Source: Lama glama | Taxonomy: Eukaryota | NCBI GenBank assembly: GCA_028534125.1 | Contig: CM052818.1 | Location: 16,246,001-16,310,000 of the forward strand | Length of the DNA: 64,000 bases | Reading direction: 5' to 3' | Shown: positions 51,308 through 64,000 of the stretch, one piece after another | Numbering within the stretch: the stretch's first letter is position 1 | How the letters are laid out: every line of letters starts with the position of its first letter | The notes under the pieces: generated by a model | Database searches by the model: none | The model's input: only the letters and a program-made list of their open reading frames with translations | What the model was told of the DNA's origin: nothing | Program-made: the position numbers and the translations under genes

Positions 51308-52739
51308 AGTTTCTGGGTTAGATAGGCTCAGTATTTAGTGTCATAAACTGACATACAGAATGTCTAATTTACTAAGATTAAAATTGATATAATTATTGAT
51401 GCTCATTTTGCAATAATTTTGACACCATACTTTTTGAATAATTCAAAACATTCCTTCAGGACAGAAGTGACTTCTCCATGCCTAGTGTTCATAAACAGAT
51501 GTTTATTTTTTATAAATATAATAAGCTATAATAAGAAACAGAACACACATAAGGATAATATTCTACATAAGAAAATGAAGAGACTTTGACATTAATGCCA
51601 TTGCTCAGCAACATTAACACAATATTTATTAAATAACTTAATAACCAAAGGAACATCCTGGAGATTTTATCAATTAAGGAAAAGTTTAGCAGACAGATTT
51701 AAGTTACACTGTAGAAAACTTATCATTTTAATTCTTAAAAGGAAATAAGAGAAATCTTATATTACAGGTAAAAAAAATCTATCCAGGAAAAGCAGCACCA
51801 GTAATCCAAAGCTAAACCAAAGAACTTTAATATCAACTATTACCTTGATTTATTGTATAACTTTTCTATATTAATATTTTAAGTGGCACAACTTCAATAT
51901 AGTCCAAGCATCTAAGAATTGTAATGATAAAAATGGATCCAGTCCTCAAGCTTTTTTTATTAAAATGATACTGAAGTACATATGATACATTTCTTTTTTA
52001 TGGAAGGAATAAAAAATGGGTAATTGGCAATGAGTAACTGCTGGAAATGGTAATATGATGTACCTAAACAGAATCTGTACATAAAGCACATCAATCTTCA
52101 TAATTCTCATTTGTCACTGAAAGACATGTCCAATGGCCACATTTATATTGTAATTCAGTAGTCACCAATGAAAGCTCTTCAGACACTTTGGAATATACAT
52201 AAATATTTACGAACCAACAAGTTTTATTTAATGTCTTGAGTGTGGTGTTTACTTATACTTTTAATTAAAAAATGGCTCCCTAAGATATGCTTAAGCAATG
52301 TGTATAAACTGTAATATGACACTAGCACTTAGATTTAATAAATTAACCTAAAGTTAATTTAATAAGTAAATGAGGTGCTTATGGTTTCTTAAGCGTTAAA
52401 ATATTATTATATCTTGACTAGATCACAAGAGTCACACAGACTTTCGTTGAAGTGACCTAAATATTGTATTCTACAGAGTTCCAATATGCACCTTTTCTCT
52501 GCTAATTCTGAACAATCTCTCCAGAACTATTCTATCTCCATGGCTTCTAATACTCTCAAATATTTGTTTATTTAGAACTTATATCCATCAAATATTTAGA
52601 CCTTTCTAACTTTCTAAATAAATCCACCTTGTTTTTTCACTCAAATAACATTAACATCAATTTGGACAAACTCAAACAAATTGTTCACTTCCTTACACCA
52701 ACACAATCTCATTTATTCTTTAATTACTATTGAAACTTC

Positions 52740-55700
52740 AGTGCCTTGGAGAAGTGAATGATTCCAGGTATGGGCCAGAGAAAATACAATTTGAATCCCT
52801 GAAACATACTGCTGTGCCAGAAAACTAAACCTCAATCATGTGCTAATGGCAACTTTTCACAAGGACACTGGAGGATTCCACTTTCAGTTATTAAGGAGCC
52901 TGGGGGTGACAGTGCTTCTATAGAAAATTACTTTAAAAAGTTTAATTCATAGACAGAAACATTAGTTTAAAACATTTAGCAATCTAATGAAGCAACACGA
53001 TCCAAAAAGCTAAGAAGGAGGGAGGGCCTTACAATATTAAGATGACTTCTGCAGTCACTTTTACTTTGTGGGTATTTGCTGATTCTAGGCAGAAGCAATC
53101 ATCTGAGAATTCTTACTTAACTCCAGTGAGATCCATAGCTGAAGAACCAAAATAATATTTGTCATAGACTTGGAGATTGTCAATAATTTACCTGGAAGTT
53201 CCTTCTACGACAATAGCCAAATTCTGAATTAGTACAAAATAGAAGATGAAAAACATAAGTGAGAAGCCTTTAGTATTCACTATAGTTTTAAATAATGTTC
53301 TGAGTAAAATACTATAATTGGAATCTGCCAAGAAGATGTCATAAAAGATACTTCTTTGAAAACCCTGAGGAAGGGGAGCTGAAATAGAGATATTTCTATC
53401 AAGGTGGCAATCAACTTCAAACTAGAACCATCCCTGATTAAGGTAATGTAATCAAATACTACTCTATCTGACAAGCGTAGTAAATAAAGAACTTTAGAAG
53501 GAATATAATATCATAAGGAGACCCTAAAACTAATATTCATAACATTCACTATTTAATAAAAACTTGAGAGGTCTACCCAAAAAATAAAAATAAATTCACA
53601 AAAAGGATAATTTAAAAAATTGAAACTGATCTCTAGGACATTTAGAGATTGGAGACAGTTGACAAGGGTTGTAAAATAATATTAATATATCCATGAAAAT
53701 ACAGAAAGAGTTGGGTAATATATTTAAAATGATAATAAATCAACAAATGAATCTATAAAAGTCAAATGGACATTAAATAACTGACAACTATAATATGTGA
53801 ACTTAAAACTCATTAGAAATGGCCAAAAAGCAGATTACAAAAAAGAGAATACAGGAGTTCTAAGATCAGGGAAACTGACTTCAAAACTCAGTCAAAAAAA
53901 TTATAAGAAAAGGTAACGGACAGAAAATATTCCTTATTAATATTAAATTAAATGATACATAACAAGATGATACATCAAGAACTGTGTGGGAGCCCATGAT
54001 TGGGTTAACAAATTGTAACAGATCCCAGCCACCTATCTCCTTAAAGAAGATGTGCTTAGTAGCTGCCTTGAGGTTTTAGCAATGACCCAGGCCCCCGGCT
54101 ATAAGCGCTGGGCTTGCCTGCAGTTAGTCTTCTATCCCCAAAACAGACTTGGGCTGGAATGGTAAAAAGCTGCAGACTCAGAGGTGAGAAGGCTGGTCAG
54201 CCAATGATGGGTAAGATCCCTTGAGGGGGCAGCCTAAGACAGGCACAGCCACTTGAGTCCAAGAAAAATCTTGTTAAGCAGCTGATTCTCATATGTTCCG
54301 CCCTGATAAGCTGAAAGGCTCAACACGATTATGATTCACCAAAAAGGGTCTTCTGACCTTGAGACAAACACCAACAATAAACAAAGCCTTTGTACTCATT
54401 GTGATCCCACCCTGTTCTTCCCTAAATCCCTGCTTTGACTGTACTCAAAAATATGAGATTTGAGAGGCTCCTGGAGTTGGCTCCTGACTCCCTCTCCCTC
54501 TCTTGATTTTTCCCCAGAGTCTTGAGTAATTCATTCCATCTCTGTGGGACTTCTTCTGGCCAGAACCCACAACTGGTGATGAACCCACAGAACTGGAATT
54601 CATTTTAAGAATAAAGGTTGGGATAACATATAAAATCAATAAAATGTTCAATATTATTATAATGAAAAAAGAAAAAAAATCATATGATCCTATCAAGAGA
54701 TGCACAAAATGTGACAACAAATCTAACATCCATTCGTGTTAAAACTCTCAGCAAATTAGAAATAGAAGGACGCTGCCTAAATTCAAAAAGTATAGCTTAC
54801 ATCACACTTAAGGGTGAATTATTAAATGTTTTTTCCTAAGATCAGGGAGATAGAACTCCACTCTTACCATTTCCATTCAACATCACAGTTCTAGCTTCTG
54901 TAACAAGGCAAGGAAACAAGATAAATAGCCTCAAGATTGAAAATAAAACTATATTTATTTACAATTGTCATCATTTGTCTGCAAAGAAAATCCTATAAAA
55001 TATACAAAAAAAAAACTAGTAGAACTAATAAGAAGGTATAGCAAGATGGAAGGATATAACATTAATATACAAAAATCAACTCTACTCCTATATACCAACA
55101 ACAAACGTTTCAGAATTTAGTTTAAAAAACACTATATGCAGTAGCATCCTTAAATATTAACTATTCAGGGATAAAACTGTAAAGATATGGACATGGAAAA
55201 GTAAAAAACATTGCAATGAGAAATTAAAGAAGATTTAAATAGTGAAATACACCTGTTCATGGATCAGAAGACAACAGTATTAAGATGTCAAGACTACAAA
55301 TTGATGAACACAATCCAACCTAAATATAAACTAAAATACTAAATATAAATGCAATCTAAAAGCAAAGATCCCACCCATCAGAGTGGATGGGGAAACATAA
55401 AATACAATTGTTAGTGACAATGTATCTTAGTCAGAACTCTCAAATTTTTGCTTGGAACCACTTAAAAAAATATTTGAAAGTATCCACTAAAGAAGAAAAC
55501 ACATATAACATATAGCCTATCATTTCCAATCATAGTCATTTACCCAAGAGAAATACACACATATGTTCTAAAAAAAGGTATTTAATAAAATGTTCATAAC
55601 AATGCTATTTACAGTAACCCAATGGAAAAATTCACTTGTCCATCAATAATACAATGGGTAAATAGTTTTAAGTTTACATAATAGATTAAAATATAGCAAT

Positions 55701-56850
55701 AAAAGTGACTGCATGCAACATTAAGAATCTCACAAATACAATGTTGGGTGATTAAAACCAGACATAAGAATATATTTTGAGCAACTTCATCTATGCAAAC
55801 TTTAAAAAAGAGGTGAAAGCAAATCTTTGATGCTCAAAGTTAGGAACATGATTATCCTTGTGGTAGAATATTAATTATCAAAGGATTTGAAGAGGCATCT
55901 GTAGTTCTGAGAATTTGTTTTTATTTGTGTGCTTGTTATATATTGCGCTACCTTTGTCAGATTTATCAGGATATGCCCTTTTATGCATGTGTACTTTTGT
56001 GTATGTGTGTTATAATTCAATATTTTTAATGGACACAGAATCTAGCTAACTTGAAGGAGTTATTGCTGCCAATTCTGTGATAATCTGGACATTAAAACAT
56101 TAATTATGGTAATGGATTACAATACATTGCTAATAATAATAATAAAGAGTTTGAGTGATGTTGAAAGGAATAGAGGGTATTCTTCATTACCAGGTAAAGC
56201 CAACTAATAAGTACGGATATCGGAAAGAATTAGAAAATTATTTTGCAAAAACCACTGTAACTACAAATTTACACAAGCACCACTGGATGTTTAAACAAGG
56301 CAAGAAATTTTGCTATGAAATGGGATACTCAAACGGCATCAAATTATCTGTCACAGATTTTTTATTATTTATAAAAGAGAAAATGTAAATTCATGGTGGA
56401 ATATTCTGGTAGATGCCAAATCAACCAAGAAGTCAACAATGGAAAAAAAAAAACAACCCTGAAATACTGTACTTCTTAATGTGATGCATTTAAAGTCATC
56501 ACCTGATTTGGGCCAAAACTGTTTCATATAAATCTAATGATGAGGAAGTAATCAGATTAACCTATGGTTTGTGATAGCCTATAGATTAGTAGATTTGACT
56601 CTTCAAATATATCACTGTTATGAAAGTAAAAAAAAAAGAAAAAAGAAAAGAAAAGGAGCAAAACTAAAACTCTTTCAGATTAAAGGAAACTAAGAAGATA
56701 CAATTAAATATAATGAATGAACCTACTTTAAATCTTGGCTGCTTCTGCATTTCCTTCAAAATAGTTATAAAGATATTATTGACATAACCGGGGAAATTTA
56801 ATTTGCATGAAAAAGAGAATACAATGATACTTAGCGTTTCTGCCAAATAC
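52740..56850 (+). mobile_element. Nested old L1s: L1MC-type 3'UTR (about 52740-52868 and 56030-56850) split by an internally deleted L1M (about 52870-56028)
   Basis: ORF2 motifs aaaactctcagcaaattagaaatagaagg, actagtagaactaataag, cctgttcatggatcagaagac; outer 3'UTR resumes at atggacacag after aaggacact. Confidence 0.7.
53983..54589 (+). mobile_element. Solo ERV1-type LTR (~607 bp) inserted in L1 ORF2
   Basis: TG...CA termini, perfect 4-bp TSD GAAC (53979-53982 / 54590-54593), higher GC than flanks; flanks rejoin as L1 ORF2 (atacatcaagaac|tggaattcatttt). Confidence 0.85.
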
Positions 56851-58089
56851 ATGGGTTATCAAACAAAACAAGCATTGTTAAACAGTAATACAATGTAATA
56901 TTTTTCCTTAACTACACTGTGTCTTGTCCCCTTAGGATCTCTGTTCTCAGATCCACTTTACTTAAAAATAATATATGAACAAGAACTCTACATCAAAGAT
57001 AATGTCGATAGCAATATATAAGGAAATAACATGCAAAGCAATTGAAACTCTTCTCATAAATTTTTGAAAAATATCTTATTTATATTAATGATAGAAATTT
57101 GGTGTAAAGAGTAAAAGTTTCAGTTAAAAGTTTTTATTTGAGCCTCATAATTTAATTAAGTAGATTTTTGTAATCCATAATGACCTTTCCAGTTGGATGT
57201 GACAAACAAAAATTTAAAGACTTTTCATTATTTAACACTGATTTTCTCCCTCCATTTGAATGATCAGGGGGAAGAGACTGTTTCAAGTGGTAAATAAATC
57301 CACCTTTCTATACTATTCCTAGAAAATTATAAGACAGTAATATACATTCCCTATTTGCTTTGTGATATCATTTTTTAAATAAACATTTGGTTCTTTTAAA
57401 ATATCTGCTGTTACAAGAGCTTTGAACAAACATTTACCATAGTTGTGAATGCTGAATGTCTTTTCATCTATTTTTTATGTATGAGAGGGGTAATCAATGG
57501 TCTGATTTTTCCTTCTGCACTGAAATTATAGTGTGAAGTGAATTGTCTCCTTTTCTAGCTAGCATTTATATTGGGCCAGTCTCAGCCTGATCATTTGTAT
57601 ACAGTCATTTGCATGTTTCTTTTGCTCTTTCTTCCATCCCTGAAAGGTCAGCAAGTATTACTGTCCTGCCTTGACAGTGGAGGTCACTAAAGTACACCAA
57701 GAATACAGAAGCTTGCAAATGATCAGCAAAAGCCATTAGGTTTGGCAACTCCAGCACAGAGAGCATAATTTGCACGCATACCAACTACATTTATAATACT
57801 GTCTCTTAACCCTTTACCCATCTCCTTTGCTTTTTATCGTTCCAAATACTGAATTCATTTCAACTCTGCAAAACTTGGTTGAACATTCACTTAGTGCCAG
57901 CAATGTCTGACTTATCTGAGAGATACAGTTAGCTCAGAACATGGCACAAAGGATGTCAATTACTCCATGCATAAATGACTTAAATGAATGAATCTACATG
58001 TACAAATAATCCATGTCAAAGGAGTAAAAACTCTAGGTAAGCAGTAAAAGAACAAATCTTTGTAAAAAATTAATTCAAGCTCTAAAGCA

Positions 58090-58220
58090 ACTTATCTGTT
58101 AGATTATAAACTCCAAGAAGTAGAGAGTTTGCATATTTTACTTACAATTTTATCTCTAATGCCCAGCACAATATCTGGCACAAAGTCTCCAATATTGAAG
58201 TATTTGTTGAAAGAATAGTT
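58090..58220 (+). mobile_element. L2 3' end
   Basis: tagattataaactccaagaag...tatctctaatgcccagcacaatatctggcaca...tatttgttgaaagaat. Confidence 0.7.
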
Positions 58221-58394
58221 GCTATAAGCAAATAAAGCAAGATAGGATCTTCTAGCTAAGCACTGCTTAAATTTAAAGCACAGAAGTCATCATTGGACTT
58301 TCAGTTAGGAATCATTTATAAAACTGTATCTTAAATAGAGAACATTTATAATTTTGTATTATTATTATTCTTACAAAATATGTTGGTATGGCCA

Positions 58395-59020
58395 CATAGC
58401 TGGTCTCCTTACTTATGTCCTAGCCCCAAGACTATCCTCAAAACAAAAGCCAGAGTGACTCTTCACAAATGTAGGTCAGATTATGGCACTTTGCCCAAAA
58501 TCTTTCCCTGGCTTCCCATCTTATACATCATTAACTTAAAGTTCTTATAATGGTTTCAAATCTTTCATTCTCTTCCTCCCGCAATCCTCCAACTTCCTTT
58601 CCCACTTACTTACTCTGCTCCCTTCATTTGTACATCCTTGTAGTTTTTTTTAAGATGCCAAGAAAACTCCTGCTTCAGGGCCTTTGGACTTTTTATTCCC
58701 TGAGCCTGATATTCAAATAATTCCTCCCTCATTTCCTCCTAATTAAGCTCAAATGTCATTATATCAGCAAGATATTTCTTAGCCACCTTTCATAAAATTT
58801 GCAAATTCCTCTTACTGGACTGCTCCCAATTCCTCTTATCTTATGTTTCTCCAGAGCAATGATCACCATTTAAAAATATTTTAACCCACTTATTTACTCA
58901 TTCTCTCTCTTTCCTGCTAGAAAGGAAGTCTATGAAGGAAGAGATTTACCTGTATTGTTTCAGTGTTATATATTTTGTATTTCAAATATGCCTATTACAT
59001 AGCATGTGCTCAATAAATAT
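58395..59020 (+). mobile_element. L2 3' portion
   Basis: gccagagtgactcttcacaaatgtaggtcagattatg...ctcctgcttcagggcctttg...gctcaaatgtca...gtgctcaataaatat. Confidence 0.8.
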
Positions 59021-60259
59021 GAAAGATCAGGGATATATTTGACAATAAAATAAAAAACAAACCAGTAATGAAAGATAGAGATAGATATAGAGCACCATAA
59101 CAGAAGTAGAAATACCTGCGAAAAACAAAAATACAACCACAGTGAAGAAAACAAGTAAGTATAATATACTAGGAAATGAAACAGTATTCATTTATGAACA
59201 AGTATGTTACCAAATAATTCCCTTCATTTATTGCCTGGGTTGGCGTGATGATAAAGCATCACAAAGCACATAGCCTGTCTTAAAAGCCTACCTCATGTCA
59301 AGGTATGAGTCTCTAATACTAAAAAAGACCTTGGTAGCTCTGTATTTCTATAAGCAATAAAGAATGGAAGATGAACCAAAAAGGAAAACAGTAAGACAAT
59401 CCATAGAGGAAGTATGTGATGGAAATGTGAGTATAATATCTGGAATGAAAACAAATGAGGCTATACAAAATCAAAATCTTCCATATTAAATTTTTATAAA
59501 TTATATTACTTATTACTTCACTGCAATTTCCAAAAATATAAACATAAGTCCAACAATATGTACTATCTTTAAAACAACCTTTACATATGAAATTCATCAA
59601 ATATCGTATTTTTCATATAGTTCCATTGATCCATAGCCCTTTTTAAAAATCGCCAAAAGGAGTTTTAAAACTTATACTATTATATATTTACAGTTGGTTT
59701 TATTGAGTTTACATTAATTCCATTTCTGTATTGATTTTTTTTTCAGTTAAAGGTGTGGTTCAAGATGCCATGATACACCAAAGAGAAAGAATGAATACAC
59801 AGTTCAATAAATTTTAACATGTCTCTTGTTCTACAAATTTCCCTCTCCAAAATAACATTCTCTAAACTACTGAGCTTTTCATGTAACTTCTAGCAATAGC
59901 TTTTCCATATCATTAAGTTCTACAACCGTACCAGTATATATTTGTAATGGGTTTAGCCTGCCTGGACATTTGAAAAAAATTACAGGACAATTAGCTGTAC
60001 AGTACTGTAGATATCTGGCACCCTCAGCCCAATTCACTGCTTTGATAACCAAAAGATCCGCTTGGTTATACAAAATGCTCCATATCTGTGAATCACTGGT
60101 AGAGAATGGAGTAAAACAGCATGAGAATGAGGTAGCTGCAAATCTAGTGCAAAAATGCTAGCAAGAAATGTGAAGTCTATGTTATGCAGTGGGTATGGAA
60201 AGAGGAAGCGGGCATACAAATAGCTGAAACCTCTTGGTATTTGTCATATACTTGTTTTG

Positions 60260-60960
60260 CTGCATAGAGACCTGTGTTACCATCCTATTAGAGTGCGAGA
60301 TTTTTGAAGACAGGATTTTGTATTATAGGTTCTTGAACTTCCACAGTACTTCTCTACCACACTATTCTTCACATGTCATATACTAAATGTTCTCTTTCTT
60401 CCTTTTCCTATCTTATTTTTCCAGCCTAAGTTCATTTTTCCTTGCCTCTTCTAAGTAAACACATTTGATTCTCTCAGCATACTCACAGTTTGCCTTCCTT
60501 CTCTATCATTCTCCCTCAAATCAGCACCGATCAAAATGGCTAAATTCCCCAATCCCGGGGTCTTTCTCTGTCCTTATCTTTCCTAATCTGGCAGAATTTG
60601 ACACCTTCACATTTTTAGTTACTTCATTTCTACTATGACACTTTACACTGATACTATTCAGATTGTCAGGAGGATCTCAGAGATTCTGATTTCTTTATTT
60701 CTTGACTTTCTCTTTCTCATACCTCCCAAATTTTTATGTCCTCCAGATTCTTATCTCCTTTATATCATCCCTTCCACTTATACCTCTCTCCTCCCTTTTA
60801 TTCTATTCCCCTTCTTTTCCTTCTCTTCCCTCCTTCCTTTCCTTAGCTTCCCTTTTACAAATCCCCTCTTCATTCCGTTCCCCTCTTCTTCCTTTATCTC
60901 ATGATACGAAATTGTTTTCCTAATCTCCTTCAAGTAATCATTTCAATACAGATGAATTCC
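60260..60960 (+). mobile_element. L2-like remnants and pyrimidine-rich tract
   Basis: tagagtgcgagatttttgaagacagg tail; ctctgtccttatctttcctaatctggcagaatttgacacc ORF2-like motif. Confidence 0.5.
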
Positions 60961-61874
60961 TTAACACTTATTGTTTCTTAACTCAGATCCTAATGGGCAC
61001 TGATACCTCCTTAATGAGTGATACATAAATAACCCAACAAGGACCTGAACAAATTCTCTGTCGCGTAAAACTTCACTGGCCTCCAACAGTTCTCTTAAAA
61101 ATATCATCAATGCCCTGTCATTGTTCAAATGCTCCCCTAAAAAGTCAATTCCTTTTTCCACTGATTCCTAAGGCAAACGGCATTTAAGACTTCTGTATTC
61201 TACTTTTATTTCACCTTTACTTTCCTGATTTTATCACCTTTAGTTTGGTATATTGTAGTAAATTCTGAACTAATTTGTCTGTTTCCAGAGATGCCTAATT
61301 CAGAATCATTTTACTTCCAACCACTGAAATATATTAGGAAACCTCTCTACATACAATTATTCAAGGCCTTTCCACTGACAAATGAAAACCAAATTCTTAT
61401 TGTAATATTTAAGTCATGTTTTATGTATAATCACTGTATCACTGCAGTTCAACTTATGTGAAATATTACATTTCTTACATGAACCATCAGGCAGTATTTT
61501 AATGGCAAAAACATCTTGTTTATTTCCTAGCCCACTTTTTGACATGGATCAATCAGACTCCTAGAATCTAGTCAGTCTATTGGTGACCTCTGTTTCCAAG
61601 GAAGATCTCCCCCAAGGAGAACAGCACTGGTTGAAAATCATCATCATCATCTTTACCGCAATATTCATCAGAGAGAACTAAAAGCATGGGAAAATTAGTA
61701 ACAAAGAAAAAACACAAAAATATTGCCTAATTTAGCCTCTCTACCTTTTCTTAATTGGCTTTCATTTGCAGCAAGACCCACTGTTCCTATTTCCAGGCAA
61801 ATGGTAATAGCAAAATGGCAAATAGTACATAGCAGTATTGCACTGTTACCTACACCAACATTTCTTATGTGGGA

Positions 61875-61998
61875 TGATCTTAAAATGCAGGCTCTGGATC
61901 AGCAGCTCCGTGGTGGGACCCAGATTCAATATTTTTTAAAAGTTCCCAGGTGATGCTAATGCCACTGGTTTATAAGACACATTTTGTGTAATAAAGAT
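61875..61998. mobile_element. MER5-type hAT-Charlie fragment
   Basis: taaaatgcaggctct...gtgggacccagattcaatattttttaaaagttcccaggtgatgctaatgc. Confidence 0.75.
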
Positions 61999-63364
61999 CT
62001 ATTGAAAGGTAGTGAGGTGGGGATGGAGACAAGATATGCTTATTAAGTAAAAGCAGAAAAGAATAAGAATAAAAAAAAATTAGCTTCAATTTTTCAGGGA
62101 TGCCAGTTAATCTGTTCCAGCTGGTTCACAATATATGAATACAGAATCAATTAAGAGAAATACTTCATCAAAAAAAAAGAATAGTAGCACTCTATTTCTA
62201 CATACTTTGTAGACAATTCACATATATTTATTGCCTCTTTTACTGGAGAAAAGTCATTTGCAATATCATAGTACTTTCATAACTTTTAATAATTTCCAGT
62301 AGTGACCTGTACAATCTTCACATGGTTCCTAAAACTCTTTTTCTTCTTCATATGTACGCTGCATATTTTAATTTTTTGTAATTGATTTTTCTACTTTAAC
62401 TTCTACATTATGTCATTTCAAATTGAAAGGGGTATCATCCACAAAGAAAAAAACAATGACTATTACAATTATCTGAGATATTATCTGAAACAGTGCCCCA
62501 AATCTGGTCACAGGTCCCTCTGGTTAAACAGGTGTCACTAAATGAGTAAGCAGTGTCTCCAACCACCCCTAAATTCAAACTTAAAACACAACTTTTACGA
62601 CTAGTTGGTCTCAAGTTTGAAGTCGTACAAAAACCCTGGTTCTTAACTTCTTGTGTGAGTAAAGAACAATGCACACAAGGGGCAACTCCTCTCCTGGCTT
62701 TGGAAAATTTTTCTACAGAAAGCATCATAGTTGTGTACAGAATTATTAATGCCCAATTAGTCTCCTGGAATCAGAAATTTCTCACAGAGTGTAGGGAATG
62801 TATAGAAAAGGAGTAGGGAAAGGACACACCCTTCTGTATACAACCAACTTCCTTCCAAACTCTGGGTCACTATGACAACAAAAATAGAAAGGAAACTCAA
62901 TAAAAGACACTGAAGGAATTAAGTATATTAAATTAGGCTCATGAAATCAAAATAGTTCATGTCAAGCTCCTGGAATATTTGTTTTCATTGTTATATTGTA
63001 CTGCATTTTAGAAGTAATGCATGTATTCTGTGGTTTGCCAAAAATAACCTAACAATAAGCAATTTCTTCTGTTTATATATAAAGTATTTTGGTTTTTTTT
63101 TTTCATTTAATGCTCTAGCATTCAACTCAGACAAGAAGTTATAAGCATGGGAAGTGGATGTACCATAACACGTGCTCCCATCAAAATTACTGCTATGTTG
63201 TCACTGTGCTAACAATGGCCCACGGGCATGCTACATGTTGGACTGTCCAGTGCTGCAGTGCAAAGCAGACAGAAGCACGGTGGCCACGTACAACATCTGT
63301 ATTGTATTTGTAGGGAAGCCAATTTCATTGTAAGAAAAGCAATCTATGATGAGGAATCGGATAA

Positions 63365-63535
63365 CATAGATTTTGGAGTGTAGAACAGGTCAGACATATA
63401 ATTTAGAACTGAATTCATAAAAATCTACTAGCTTTTGTAGATCATTTTTATAAGTTGGGTCCAGTACTTGCCCAAAGGTACCAGGTGTGTAGATAGTTTC
63501 AGGTAACAATGGAGCTGAACACATAGAATAGGCTA
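63365..63535 (-). mobile_element. MIR/MIR3 remnant
   Basis: catagattttggagtg...tcatttttataagttggg...gtacttgcccaaaggt. Confidence 0.45.
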
Positions 63536-64000
63536 CAAATAATATATACTTATAAACTTATGGGTCCATATATCACTTAACAAGTTCATATAACTAACAT
63601 TTTAAAAAGCAGGATTCTTTTAGAGGTGATTCCAAGAATCTCAGTTGTCTAGAAAATTTTAAATTTTATAATATGTCCCACAAATTGGAAATATATAGTT
63701 ATTTGATATGCACATCATGTTTATTTATCTGTCCAATTAGGATTCCTAGTAATTAAGATCGAAATTTTATTAATTCTAACAGGATGATCATTCAGCAATT
63801 ATATAATAAAATAATTTTTAAGATGAAACTGACTTTAGGGGTAAATTAACCCTGTAATGTCATTTTTGAGATAAAAAAATTAAAGTCTAAAAATGTAAAG
63901 TAATTTTATTGGAAGTCAGGTATTTTTAGGTTAAAATATTATGATCTCAGTTTCTAAGAATCCCTTTATTTAATGTATTACTCCACTCTTTCTCACTCAT

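Noticed and set aside
62593..62633. Inverted repeat ttttacgact...agtcgtacaaaa
   Set aside because: Only a 7-bp perfect core; no flanking transposon structure seen
1..64000. CRISPR arrays, operons, tRNA/rRNA genes, CpG island
   Set aside because: None seen; the sequence is mammalian non-coding DNA with no regularly spaced repeat-spacer pattern or CpG-rich region

Overview
AT-rich, CpG-depleted placental-mammal DNA that looks intronic or intergenic. The youngest L1 3' ends (19.7-21.3 kb, 29.5 kb) resemble cetartiodactyl/camelid L1, and I saw no Alu, B1/B2, BovB, PRE-1 or Can-SINE copies, so a camelid origin is plausible (recall-based inference, not a database result). I cannot support any protein-coding gene, RNA gene or CpG island; the supplied ORFs are L1/LTR remnants or chance ORFs. 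A large share of the window is interspersed repeats: a two-LTR non-autonomous ERV1-type provirus (4689-8684, minus), a nested L1 cluster (10-17.8 kb), two solo ERV LTRs with 4-bp TSDs, MLT1, MER20, MER44A, Tigger and MER5 DNA transposons, MIRs and L2s. The most unusual items are (i) a 78-nt polyadenylated, TSD-flanked insert inside the provirus that looks like an L1-mobilised copy of just an LTR R-region transcript, (ii) two L1s with twin-priming 5' inversions, one with a visible ~12-nt priming microhomology, and (iii) speculative minus-strand exon candidates and TF-motif clusters (TEAD, RFX X-box, CRE) in repeat-poor blocks. No new multi-gene system is demonstrable from the sequence alone. 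Repeat family names come from recalled consensus sequences, and the boundaries of old repeats are approximate.
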